A stretch of DNA of 64,000 nt from Candidatus Poriferihabitaceae bacterium (GTDB lineage Bacteria; Pseudomonadota; Gammaproteobacteria; Arenicellales; Poriferihabitantaceae), in contig OZ241878.1 of NCBI GenBank assembly GCA_965203365.1, forward strand, positions 2,502,174-2,566,173, given 5' to 3'. This document shows positions 30,002 through 39,519 of the stretch, one piece after another. Under the pieces are notes generated by a model that ran no database searches, was not told the origin of the DNA, and worked only from the letters and a program-made list of their open reading frames with translations. How positions within the stretch are numbered: position 1 is the stretch's first letter; every line of letters starts with the position of its first letter. The translations under genes and the position numbers were made by a program.

Positions 30002-31582
30002 CTACTCGTTGGTGTCCTTCACGCCGAAGGCACCGACCAGCCGGTGGGGGCTGCCGTACTCGGAGTAGACACTGGCGAGGATCAGGTCCGGCACAGTGTT
30101 GTTGGCTTTTTTCCGGGTATCGAAATACGTGGCGCCTTTCCACTAGCCGGACTCCTTCGCCGGGTTGCCGTTGATCGACCAGACGGTCCTGGCCGACGCA
30201 AGACTGTTACTGGTCGTGCCCGAGCCATATGCCGCTCTTTTCAACTCCACGCTCCAGCCCGAATCCGTGGATCCACCCTTCAGGCGGAACCCGTTGATCG
30301 TGCCGGTCACGCCCGCGTTCTCGACGACGGGGCTTCCGACGGTGTTCCCGAAAATAGCGTTCAGCGTGACGTCTGCCGTGAAGGCGCCGCCGTCGCTGTC
30401 CTCTCTCACCCAGCAGCCGAAGTAGTAGAAGGTCTTATCGGTCACGGTCACTTGGGCACCCTCGTCGTACTGGAAGATCCATTTCTCCAACAGGGGATAG
30501 GCATCGTCCTTGGTATTTTCAACAATTCCGACCTTCAATTCAACCGTGCAGTCGCCAGCGGTGGCGGATGTGCAGCGATAGTTGCCTGGGGCACCCTGAT
30601 AGGTGCCCTGGATGCTGACGACGTTGGTTTCCGTATCCTTCGGCGAATCGAAGTCCGTCTTCCCCGCTGTCGGGAACCCGTCGGACTGGATGTGGATATC
30701 TTCTTTGGTGGCCATATCCCCGTCATGCTTCAGAGGCAGCGTCATCGCAGCCGCATCATGGTTTCCCGCGTTGGGCGGTCGGTCTGTACCCGCGAAGTGT
30801 TTCGCCGCATCCACCTCCATATTCTTCCAGTTGGAGTAGATCCTGGCCCAGTCGGTGACAGTGGAGTAGGTGGAGGGGGCTTCGTTGCCGGTTGGGGTGT
30901 TGGTGAGCCCAGTGCGCCGGTAGTCCGTGACCATCCAGGGAGACCCCTTTCCCACCGACCGGGGTGCCCCGACCGGATCAAGGGCCTTCGTCTTGTGGGT
31001 GCCGAGTGCTTTATCCTTGTCGTCGAGCGGCATCGACCCCGCGCCGTCCACGGGATTGACCTCCAGCTGAGGGAGGCCGACCTCAAGGACCTTGCTCCCG
31101 TCAGTGCCCGTGGCCTTGAGGCGAAAGTCTTGCTCAATGTTGTTCAGCGCGGTCAGGTTGGTCTGGGCACTGCCGTCCGAGTCCTTGGGCCCGGCCAGCG
31201 CCGCAAACATCGCCTTGCTGGTGGCGACGTTCTTGGCCTTCATGGCGGTCGTGCGCGACTCCTTCGCTTCGTTAAGCATGCCCACGAGGTTCCCGAGCTG
31301 CTGGCTGAGGGCGGCCCGCTGCGCAACTGGCACCTTGTTGACGGCCGTCCGGGCCGCCGCCAGCTTCGTATCGGCGTCGGTGACCTTGGCGTCATCGGCA
31401 GTGTCCGTCACCGCCTCGACGGCGGTCTTCGCCGCCGCGGCCCGTTGCGCCGGGGTTTGGGTCATGGTGCCATCGCCATCATTGTTCGTATTCGGGATGG
31501 TACTGTTGTTGCCGCCGCCGCAGCCAGCCAAAGTCAGCAAGGCGGCCAGCAGGACAGTCATCAAGAGATTGGGAGTGTTCAT
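30002..31582 (-). pseudogene. SLP gamma (TbpB-like) with a single in-frame TAG
   Basis: MNTPNLLMTVLLAALLTLAG|C lipobox. TAG at 30143-30145 sits where paralogs have Ser/Asn (GSW/NSW/GNW). The same frame continues for 46 codons, WKGATYFDT...VYSEYGSPHRLVGAFGVKDTNE, to a TAG at 30002-30004. Confidence 0.8.
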
Positions 31583-31746
31583 CGTTCGGTTCACGTTGAT
31601 GTTGGCAGAATGAGTGGTTGGATGCCCGGGGGGTTGGATGCGGGGGCACTGCGGCCAGCGAGCGGACCCGCTGGCCGAAGCCCAACGCTCAACACCAATC
31701 TGCCTAGCATCGTGAAGGCCGTCGCCGGGGGGCGACGGACGCAGGG

Positions 31747-31775
31747 ACTATAAAACGAGGGGGGGGGTGGGTCAA
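31747..31775 (-). promoter_or_regulatory. Putative gamma promoter with a C9 tract in the spacer
   Basis: On the minus strand: TTGACC (31770-31775), a 17-nt spacer (ca, C9, tcgttt), then TATAGT (31747-31752). Confidence 0.5.
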
Positions 31776-31877
31776 CCCCTGGCGGCCCTTTTTTCCGTCC
31801 GGCCGAAGGGTCATCGGTTTTAGGGGACCTTCCCCTAGGATGCGGGATGTTACCAGCATCTCGGCGATCTAGGGTAG

Positions 31878-32075
31878 TGTCTGGCAGAAAACGCCTCTTT
31901 TTCGGGCGACCCGGCTCGGTCCGTCGCCAGTTCCCCAAGCAAAACAATAGGCAATATCTATAAAATAAGAGAATCTGATCGAATTTCCCGATGACCGGCC
32001 GAGACCATCCCACTTGGGGTCCTTGCTGACTCGATTTTGTCAAAATGCGCCCACAGGTCTCCCCACCCTGACCCA
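31878..32075 (-). repeat. 198-bp IS-end-like repeat R2 (copy a)
   Basis: Inverted copy of 52075-52272. Ends in ...TTTTCTGCCAGACA. Lies directly after a transposase C-terminal remnant. Confidence 0.7.
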
Positions 32076-32118
32076 TCGGTCAGGGGAGGTTGATACCGGA
32101 AAGGGGAGTCAACGACCG

Positions 32119-32209
32119 TCAGGCCGCTTTTCTTCGTCGGCGCTCGGCCTCCCGCAGCTGGCGACGCAGCAACCAGCCCAATCAATGGAGATTGAACGCC
32201 AGCATCGAC
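32119..32209 (-). mobile_element. Transposase C-terminal remnant
   Basis: SMLAFNLH*LGWLLRRQLREAERRRRKAA*, paralogous to 33380-33440. Confidence 0.45.
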
Positions 32210-32273
32210 TAGGCCCCGGTCTCACAACTGCCCACAGTTGAATCAGTCAGACTGATCTGTTCCCTTTCCGGCC

Positions 32274-32700
32274 ATGCAGGTCGGACTCTACCCATTTGAT
32301 GCCGAGACGGTGAACTGGTTTCGCGGCGCGGTCACGGAACCGGGCCGCACGCGCCATTCGCTGGCCCGGGAACTCTGCGTCCGCGAGCATTGGACAGGCG
32401 AGCGCGGGGAATACTATCTCGGTTCGGTGCGCCCGATCCTGCCGGCCCTGACCGACCGGCTGGGGATTGGGTTGCCGCCGACTCGTTCGGCGGGTGCCGG
32501 GATGCGCCCCCGAAGGCGGGCTATCCCGATGTCTCGGTGGCTGGCCCCCTGGCCGACCTAGGGGAGGGGACCCTGGAACCGGTGTCCGGGAAGCCGGACC
32601 GCCGCCTGAATATGAAATCGGTTCCACCAGGGAGATCCCGGTGGATGCCGGGTCTGATGAAGGAACGCTCCCCGAACCGATGACGGTCGATACGGGAGTT
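32274..32700 (+). pseudogene. IS4-family (DUF4338/Tn5-like type) N-terminal fragment, frameshifted
   Basis: ...RTRHSLARELCVREHWTGERGEYYLGSVRPILPALTDRLGIGLPPTRS resembles the N-terminal domain of DUF4338-containing IS4-like proteins (from memory). The reading frame breaks near 32560. Confidence 0.35.
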
Positions 32701-32849
32701 GAAAAAATGCCAATGTGGAATTGTCAGCGGACGATGAACCGGAAGAACCTCCCCTGACCGACAGATCGGCGCATGATGGACAAGCTGAAAACCCTTCAGC
32801 CGAGGGAATGTGTCCGATGGAGAGGCTGAAAAAGGAATCGTGATCTGAG

Positions 32850-33038
32850 ATGGTGGCGTCGATCAGAGCGCTGGCCTCATCCTCGCAAGGGATTTCGTAC
32901 TACGAGCGGGACGGGTACTACGCCAGGGACGATCCGGAACACAAGGCCGCCAGCACCTGGGTGGGCAAGGGCGCGGCGGACCTCGGCCTGCAGGCCCGGT
33001 GGATTCCGGCGTGTTCCAGTCGGTTTCGGCAGCGCCTT
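32850..33038 (+). pseudogene. MOBF (TrwC/TraI-like) relaxase N-terminal fragment
   Basis: MVASIRALASSSQGISYYERDGYYARDDPEHKAASTWVGKGAADLGLQ matches the relaxase N-terminal pattern S..A..YY....DYY........W.GKGA..LGL. A frameshift occurs at ~32995 and the fragment is truncated at ~33038. Confidence 0.5.
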
Positions 33039-33180
33039 CGAGGCTGTCGGCACACACCACCAGCCTTGCGCGTGGCGCCAGTCGGTGCGCTCGCACAACC
33101 CCCGCGCCAGGGCATGACGAGTCAGCTCGCACGGGCGCAAGGCCTGGGTCAGCCACGTCAGCGTGGCGGTATCGAAATGG
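33039..33180 (-). mobile_element. Tn5-like IS4 transposase fragment (first catalytic Asp region)
   Basis: FDTATLTWLTQALRPCELTRHALARGL...AQGWWCVP compares with Tn5 IEDTTSLSYRHQVAEELGKLG...RGWWVHS. Confidence 0.4.
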
Positions 33181-33254
33181 CGTCATCCGATCTGCCTGCC
33201 CGAAGCAGACAGGAACGAAAATCAAAATACAATTCTAAGATCCTGAAAGGTGCG

Positions 33255-33440
33255 GCCGCCCGGCAGCAGCATCCGGCGGTGGAATCCGCGATCAACCATC
33301 GGGAGCACCGGGGATTGGATCGGGTCAGGACGCCTGGTGCTGAGGGCTTTGCCCGCACCGGGGCCGGGTCGATGCGGGCGTTCAATCTCCATCGATTGGG
33401 GGGGTTGCTGCGTCGCCGGATGCGGGAGGCCGAGCGCTGA
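33255..33440 (+). mobile_element. Transposase C-terminal remnant
   Basis: HPAVESAINHREHRGLDRVRTPGAEGFARTGAGSMRAFNLHRLGGLLRRRMREAER*. TGA at 33438-33440. Confidence 0.45.
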
Positions 33441-33444
33441 CGAA

Positions 33445-35094
33445 GGCGAGATGACCCCGCCGCCTCCGGGGCTGACGCTGGAGGCCGCGGCGAAGACGGC
33501 TGTCGGCATGGTGACGGACGACTCTGACGCCGCGGCGGTCACCGACGCCGAGAAGAAGGTGGCGGCCGCCAAGGCGGCCGTCGACAAGGTGCCTGCCGCG
33601 CAGCGGAACGCCCTCATCCGGCGGCTCGGGAACCTCGAGGGCAAGCTTGGGGGAAAGACGGCGTCCCGCACGGCCGCCATGGCGATGAAGGCGAAGGCCA
33701 TGGTTGCCCGCGGCAAGGCGCTGCTCGGGGCGATGACGAAGCCCGATGGTGACGACAAGACGGTGCTGGACAATCTCGAGAGCGATCCTGTCTACAACGA
33801 CCTCCTCGTCGATGATGCGACGTACGATGACGGTGCCCGCAAGGCCGTCCGGGCGAAAAACTACCTGGACCGGCCTCGGGGAGACTTCCGGATTGATCCT
33901 GCGGCGGGTGCGGGGTCGCGAGCGACGTCGGATCTGCATGGTGCGGTGAGCTTCCGGCACGGCACGGAGGAGGCCAGGGACGCCGAGGAGAAGGTGGACG
34001 GCGTGTGGACGGTCACGGACTACGTGAGGACCCAGGGCTCTGGCGAAGGGAAGTTCACCGACAAGGTCAAGGTGTACAGCGACCGGACGGGGCCGAACTC
34101 CATTCCGGCCGCGAAATGGTTCTCTGATTCGGGTGCCAAGGCCTCCTACACGGCCAACGCGGGGACCTACACCCCGGCGGAACGCAGGATATCCCTGAAC
34201 ACCGGGACCGACCACAGCATCGACTCCCCCGATTTCCCGGAGACGGGCACCAAGCCCTTCGCTCCGACAGACGGAGCCGATGAGGTCCAGGTCCGGGGCT
34301 CCTACCGGGGGGCGCCCGGCTACTACTACTGCACCCCCGGCACCAGTGAATCCTGCACGGTCGGGGTCGGGCAAATCGGCTACTTCCTGAGCGCCGGCTG
34401 GACGTTCGTCCATGACGAGGGGGCCATGGTGATCCACCCCGATACTGACTTTGCGTACTTCGGCTGGTGGTTGAGAGAGGACGACGACGGCCTGCCCGCG
34501 GCGGTCGCCCCCTTCTACGCCACCAGAGGCGGCGGCGTCGGGATCACCTCGGACGGCAACAGCCTGATCGGCGGCGAGGCGACCTTCGAGGGTCCCGCAG
34601 TCGGCCAGTATGCCATCCACGACCCGCTCGACGGCAAGGGCGAGGGCGGCGCGTTCACGGCGACGGCCCTGCTGAAGGCCAAGTTCGGAGCCAGCAACTT
34701 GGTGCCCGACACGGGCATGACCGGCACGGTCGACAAGTTCCGCCTGGAAAACGGGTCCGAGCCGAACTGGAGCGTGACGCTGAACAGGGGTGGCCCTGGC
34801 AGCACCCCTGCTTCGGATAATCGAGGCGGATGGAGGGCTGGCGCCAAGACGGACCCCGCCGCCAAGACGGTCTGGTCGATCGATGGCAACAAGGCGCTGG
34901 CGGCCGGCAGCTGGGTTGCCACGATGTATGATGAAACGCCCGATTTGCCCACGGTTGCCAGTGGCGGTATCACCAAACCGGTCGGCGACGGCAACAACAA
35001 TCCGACCCTGGTGCTCGGAAAGTTCCATGCCGAATACGGCGGCACCCACCGACTGGTCGGCGCCTTCGGCGCGAAGAGGGTTGTTGAAGAGTAG
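33445..35094 (+). pseudogene. SLP beta2 (promoterless, no signal peptide)
   Basis: Nearly identical to beta1 at a 4130-bp offset (33620-35111). The N-terminus is replaced by an IS remnant and there is no lipobox. Confidence 0.8.
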
Positions 35095-35104
35095 GAGCAG
35101 CCAT

Positions 35105-35458
35105 CGAACGGACCGGGGTGTGAAGCTCGAACTACGGGCCGGTTTCGTCGGTCTCGTCCCGCCCGCCGACCGGCCGACGGACACGCCACCCCTGCGGCTG
35201 CTTGCCGTGCGGGTGCGGGAACCCGAGCCGCCGGCCGGGAAGGAATCGCTCGACTGGCTGCTGCTGACGACCGAGGGTGAACCCCCCGCCGGGAACGCAC
35301 TGCGCGTCGCCGGGTGGTACGAGAAGCGGTGGCTGATCGAGGAATGGTTCCGCGCCCTGAAGACCGGCACGCGGATCAAGGACCGTCGGCTCAATGCCGC
35401 CGACAGCCTGTGCTGCTGCCTCGCCTTCGACGCGATCACGGCCTGCACCGTGATGTCG
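35105..35458 (+). mobile_element. Tn5-like IS4 transposase fragment (C-terminal catalytic region)
   Basis: LDWLLLTTEGEPPAGNALRVAGWYEKRWLIEEWFRALKTGTRIKDRRL compares with Tn5 LKWLLLTSEPVESLAQALRVIDIYTHRWRIEEFHKAWKTGAGAERQRM. Confidence 0.7.
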
Positions 35459-35510
35459 AAGGACAGGAAAGTCAACAACCCCGGAGCTTCCGCTCGACAG
35501 CCAGCACCAC

Positions 35511-35554
35511 CTCGTACAGCCTCGCCGAGGGTCGCATCGGCGAGGCTGTACGAG
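35511..35554. other. 18-bp perfect-stem hairpin in the alpha 3' flank
   Basis: ctcgtacagcctcgccga-gggtcgca-tcggcgaggctgtacgag. Confidence 0.6.
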
Positions 35555-35653
35555 AAAAGGGGGAACGCCCGGCCTGGAAAGGAGAAGCCAACCGGCCCGG
35601 GCGCCCGATCAGGGGTCAGGGAACGGCACCACCTGCCCCCCTCCGTTTGATGG

Positions 35654-36917
35654 CTATTCGTTGACGTTCTGTTTCGTGATGTTGCTCGCGCCGAACGCGC
35701 CGACCAGCCGATGGGTGGTGCTGTATTCGGAGTAGAAGGTTCCGAGGATCTTGTCCGCCTCGTTGGAGCCGTCGCCGCCGTCCGCAACGGTTCCGGGCGT
35801 GGTGTCAAACAACCGGGCGTCCCAGCTGTTGAGAACCTCCGGCCCCTTGAAGTCGCCGATCGACATGACCGTCTTGGTGCCTCTTCTGGTGACCTTTTTT
35901 CCGGCACTCTCAAAGCGGCTTTTCACCAACTGCACGCTCCAGCCCGGATCCTCGGACCCGCCGTTCAGCCGAAACTCGTCGATCGTGCCGGACAGGCCCG
36001 CATCGCGCACATTGTTGGGGTCCCCGAACCGGGCCTTCAGCGTGGCCTTCGCCTCGAATGCGCCGCCCTCGCCCTCGCCGTTGCGCGGGTCGTGGATGGC
36101 GTACTGGCCGACCGCGGGGCCCTCGAAGGTCGCGGAGCCGTCGTAATCGCGGGCGCTCGTAGTTTTGCCTTCCTCCAGAGTGACGCCCTCGAAGCCGAAA
36201 AAGGCGGTGGCCAGTCTGGGCACGTCGTCGCTGCTGTTCGATCTCACCCACCAGCCGAAATACAGGTAGTCGGAATCAGGGAGGGACACCTGGGCGTCCG
36301 GGTCGTGGACGAACCTCCAGCCGGCATACAGGCTGATGCCGCCTCTTCTCACCTGGACTTGGCAGTCGGTCTTGCAGTAATAGTAGCCGGGCGCCCCCTG
36401 GTAGGTGCCCCGCACCTTGACCTCCGAGGCTCCGTCTGTCGGCTCGAAGGTATGGCTTCCGGCTCCCTGCACCGGGAACTCGGGGGACGCAATGCGCGGA
36501 TCGACAGCGAAGTTCAGGGACAGCGAGCGATTCTTCGCGGTGTAGGTCCCTGTAGTAGCCGGCTTGTCATCGGAGCCGAAGTGTGCCGCGGCATCCTTCT
36601 TCGTATTCTCCCCCCGATCGTTGTACACCCGGGCCCGGTCGGTGAACTCGGGCACCAACTGGCCCTCGGTCCGGATACCGTCGGTCTGGTCCGAGACCAT
36701 CCAGTCGCCTACCTTCTTGACGGGTTTGACGGTCGTGAAGACCACCGGGGACTCGTTGGGGACGTCGACATCGTTGACTTTGGTGCTGATCGGCAAGTCC
36801 CCGCCGCCGTCCGTAGGATCGAGCTTGATGCCGGTCGGGTCTCCGGAATTCGACAGGCCCGTCTGAACGTCGGCCGCGTCTGCCAGGTTGTCCAGCGCGT
36901 TCTTGACGGCTGCGGCG
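35654..36917 (-). pseudogene. SLP alpha3 (5'-truncated cassette with variant central block)
   Basis: Homology to alpha1 begins at ...NALDNLADAADVQTG (breakpoint ~36917). No signal peptide or promoter. The central block differs (VQGAGSHTFEPTDG...GVTLEEGKTTSARDYDGS). Confidence 0.8.
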
Positions 36918-36970
36918 CTGTCAGAGGCGGGCGCCGGCCCGCCCAGCGCCGCTGGTCGGTGTGTGTAAAT

Positions 36971-37172
36971 GACGGGCCGGGTCCCGCTCGGTCAAAACCC
37001 GTCTGACACGGCCCGAGCGGGCTCTGGCGTCGTGAAATCGCCTCGGTCAGACTTCCTGGCGCCGAGCGGGATGCCATTGATGACCGACATCCGCCCCTTG
37101 GGGGCCGAATTTTCCGGTCGCCGCCGCGCTCCCTTTATTCGGGCAGCGCACCGAGCGGGGCGCTTCTGAGTG
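36971..37172 (+). mobile_element. IS30-family 3'-end remnant abutting the beta1 promoter module
   Basis: Homologous to 44090-44300 and 42553-42770. Ends ...GAGCGGGGCGCTTCTGAGTG. Confidence 0.6.
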
Positions 37173-37301
37173 TAATAATTATTAAAGTCAATCACTTATT
37201 AGACATATCCGCCTTGAATTCGGAAAACCAGTTATGGCTTGCATCCGAGGCGATTCCGATAGATAATCACGCATCAACTTCGCCTTGACCCGAGTATCGA
37301 A

Positions 37302-37331
37302 TTGAAGTGGTGGGATTTAACGATGTATAAT
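37302..37331 (+). promoter_or_regulatory. Putative beta1 promoter
   Basis: TTGAAG (37302-37307), an 18-nt spacer, then TATAAT (37326-37331). Lies in the AT-rich module 37173-37466, an exact mirror of 24666-24959. Confidence 0.5.
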
Positions 37332-37466
37332 GTCGATTCTTATTTGCTGATTTAGGTTCGATTCTGGTCGGTAGATGTGTCCCTTGGCCAGAGTTTCCTC
37401 ACTGTTTAGAATCCGCATTGAATTGTTTCGCTTGAATATTATCAATCTGCTAACATGAACTGAACG

Positions 37467-39224
37467 ATGAACAAACACAATGTCTTAATGGCGGTCTTGC
37501 TGGCCGCTGGGTTGGCCTTGGCGGGCTGCGGGGGCGGCAGCAGCGATCCGGTGACGCCCCCGGATAACGAGATGACCCCGAAGGAGCTTGCTGACGCGGC
37601 GACCACGGCCCTCAATGAGGCGGAGACGGCTGTCGGCATGGTGACGGACACGGCCGATGACGCCAAGGTCACCGCCGCCGACGCGAAGGTGGCGGCCGCC
37701 AAGGCGGCCGTCGACAAGGTGCCTGCCGCGCAGCGGGCCGCCCTCAGCCAGCGGCTCGGGAACCTCGAGGGCAAGCTTGGGGGAAAGACGGCGTCCCGCA
37801 CGGCCGCCATGGCGATGAAGGCGAAGGCCATGGTTGCCCGCGGCAAGGCGCTGCTCGGGGCGATGACGAAGCCCGATGGTGACGACAAGACGGTGCTGGA
37901 CAATCTCGAGAGCGATCCTGTCTACAACGACCTCCTCGTCGATGATGCGACGTACGATGACGGTGCCCGCAAGGCCGTCCGGGCGAAAAACTACCTGGAC
38001 CGGCCTCGGGGAGACTTCCGGATTGATCCTGCGGCGGGTGCGGGGTCGCGAGCGACGTCGGATCTGCATGGTGCGGTGAGCTTCCGGCACGGCACGGAGG
38101 AGGCCAGGGACGCCGAGGAGAAGGTGGACGGCGTGTGGACGGTCACGGACTACGTGAGGACCCAGGGCTCTGGCGAAGGGAAGTTCACCGACAAGGTCAA
38201 GGTGTACAGCGACCGGACGGGGCCGAACTCCATTCCGGCCGCGAAATGGTTCTCTGATTCGGGTGCCAAGGCCTCCTACACGGCCAACGCGGGGACCTAC
38301 ACCCCGGCGGAACGCAGGATATCCCTGAACACCGGGACCGACCACAGCATCGACTCCCCCGATTTCCCGGAGACGGGCACCAAGCCCTTCGCTCCGACAG
38401 ACGGAGCCGATGAGGTCCAGGTCCGGGGCTCCTACCGGGGGGCGCCCGGCTACTACTACTGCACCCCCGGCACCAGTGAATCCTGCACGGTCGGGGTCAG
38501 GCAAATCGGCTACTTCCTGAGCGCCGGCTGGACGTTCGTCCATGACGAGGGGGCCATGGTGATCCACCCCGATACTGACTTTGCGTACTTCGGCTGGTGG
38601 TTGAGAGAGGACGACGACGGCCTGCCCGCGGCGGTCGCCCCCTTCTACGCCACCAGAGGCGGCGGCGTCGGGATCACCTCGGACGGCAACAGCCTGATCG
38701 GCGGCGAGGCGACCTTCGAGGGTCCCGCAGTCGGCCAGTATGCCATCCACGACCCGCTCGACGGCAAGGGCGAGGGCGGCGCGTTCACGGCGACGGCCCT
38801 GCTGAAGGCCAAGTTCGGAGCCAGCAACTTGGTGCCCGACACGGGCATGACCGGCACGGTCGACAAGTTCCGCCTGGAAAACGGGTCCGAGCCGAACTGG
38901 AGCGTGACGCTGAACAGGGGTGGCCCTGGCAGCACCCCTGCTTCGGATAATCGAGGCGGATGGAGGGCTGGCGCCAAGACGGACCCCGCCGCCAAGACGG
39001 TCTGGTCGATCGATGGCAACAAGGCGCTGGCGGCCGGCAGCTGGGTTGCCACGATGTATGATGAAACGCCCGGTTTGCCCACGGTTGCCAGTGGCGGTAT
39101 CACCAAACCGGTCGGCGACGGCAACAACAATCCGACCCTGGTGCTCGGAAAGTTCCATGCCGAATACGGCGGCACCCACCGACTGGTCGGCGCCTTCGGC
39201 GCGAAGAGGGTTGTTGAAGAGTAG
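37467..39224 (+). CDS. Surface lipoprotein beta1 (TbpB/fHbp-like, intact)
   Basis: 585 aa with the same signal and lipobox as alpha1. YFGWWLRED motif and barrel signature GEATFEGPAVGQYA...GAFTATALLKAKFG...GTVDKF...WSV...GKFH...LVGAFGA. Confidence 0.85.
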   Translation: MNKHNVLMAVLLAAGLALAGCGGGSSDPVTPPDNEMTPKELADAATTALNEAETAVGMVTDTADDAKVTAADAKVAAAKAAVDKVPAAQRAALSQRLGNLEGKLGGKTASRTAAMAMKAKAMVARGKALLGAMTKPDGDDKTVLDNLESDPVYNDLLVDDATYDDGARKAVRAKNYLDRPRGDFRIDPAAGAGSRATSDLHGAVSFRHGTEEARDAEEKVDGVWTVTDYVRTQGSGEGKFTDKVKVYSDRTGPNSIPAAKWFSDSGAKASYTANAGTYTPAERRISLNTGTDHSIDSPDFPETGTKPFAPTDGADEVQVRGSYRGAPGYYYCTPGTSESCTVGVRQIGYFLSAGWTFVHDEGAMVIHPDTDFAYFGWWLREDDDGLPAAVAPFYATRGGGVGITSDGNSLIGGEATFEGPAVGQYAIHDPLDGKGEGGAFTATALLKAKFGASNLVPDTGMTGTVDKFRLENGSEPNWSVTLNRGGPGSTPASDNRGGWRAGAKTDPAAKTVWSIDGNKALAAGSWVATMYDETPGLPTVASGGITKPVGDGNNNPTLVLGKFHAEYGGTHRLVGAFGAKRVVEE

Positions 39225-39519
39225 GAGCAGCCATCGAACGGGGGCGTGCATGCGTCTCCGCAGCGGCGCCGTCTCGCCCGCCAACGTCAGTCCGACCTCC
39301 GATGGCGACATGGCGGGCGAGTTCGGCGTCGCGAGGGGTGCAGGTGGTGTCGTTCCCTGACCCCTGATCGGGCGCCTGGCTTGGTATTGCCTTCTCCTTT
39401 CCAGGCCGGATGTCCTCCCTTTCTCACACCGCATTCGGATGCTGCGCGGGCGGGTTTGGTGTGTCATGTTGTGAAAAAAACCGCTGGACACTCGTTTTTT
39501 TGTGGCCCAGTCCGGGGCA

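Larger units (their letters stand above)
33767..36437. repeat. IR2 left arm (2671 bp)
   Basis: Mirror of 39882-42552. All paired ORF coordinates sum to 76319. Translations are identical in three frames, which implies ~100% nucleotide identity. Confidence 0.9.

Noticed and set aside
33382-35913. Very long ORFs antisense to SLP genes and other genes (33382-35913, 37485-39914, 40406-42586, 23004-24647, 25208-26800, 30044-31753, 57153-58367, 1133-3079, 14364-16007, 17254-18555)
   Set aside because: They are Arg/Gly/Pro-rich with no recognisable motifs, and they lie opposite well-supported genes. This is typical of open antisense frames in high-GC DNA. The repeated copies are identical only because the DNA itself is repeated.
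37173-37466. Fur box in the AT-rich promoter module (TbpB-like genes are often iron regulated)
   Set aside because: The best matches to GATAATGATAATCATTATC that I found by eye (gtaataattattaaagtc; gaatattatcaatc) reach only ~11/19, which is not convincing without a scored search.
33445-39224. Diversity-generating retroelement (near-identical template/variable repeat pairs such as beta1 versus beta2/beta3)
   Set aside because: There is no reverse transcriptase ORF in the window. Only two substitutions separate the copies, and the repeats cover whole genes plus IS debris rather than a short C-terminal variable region.
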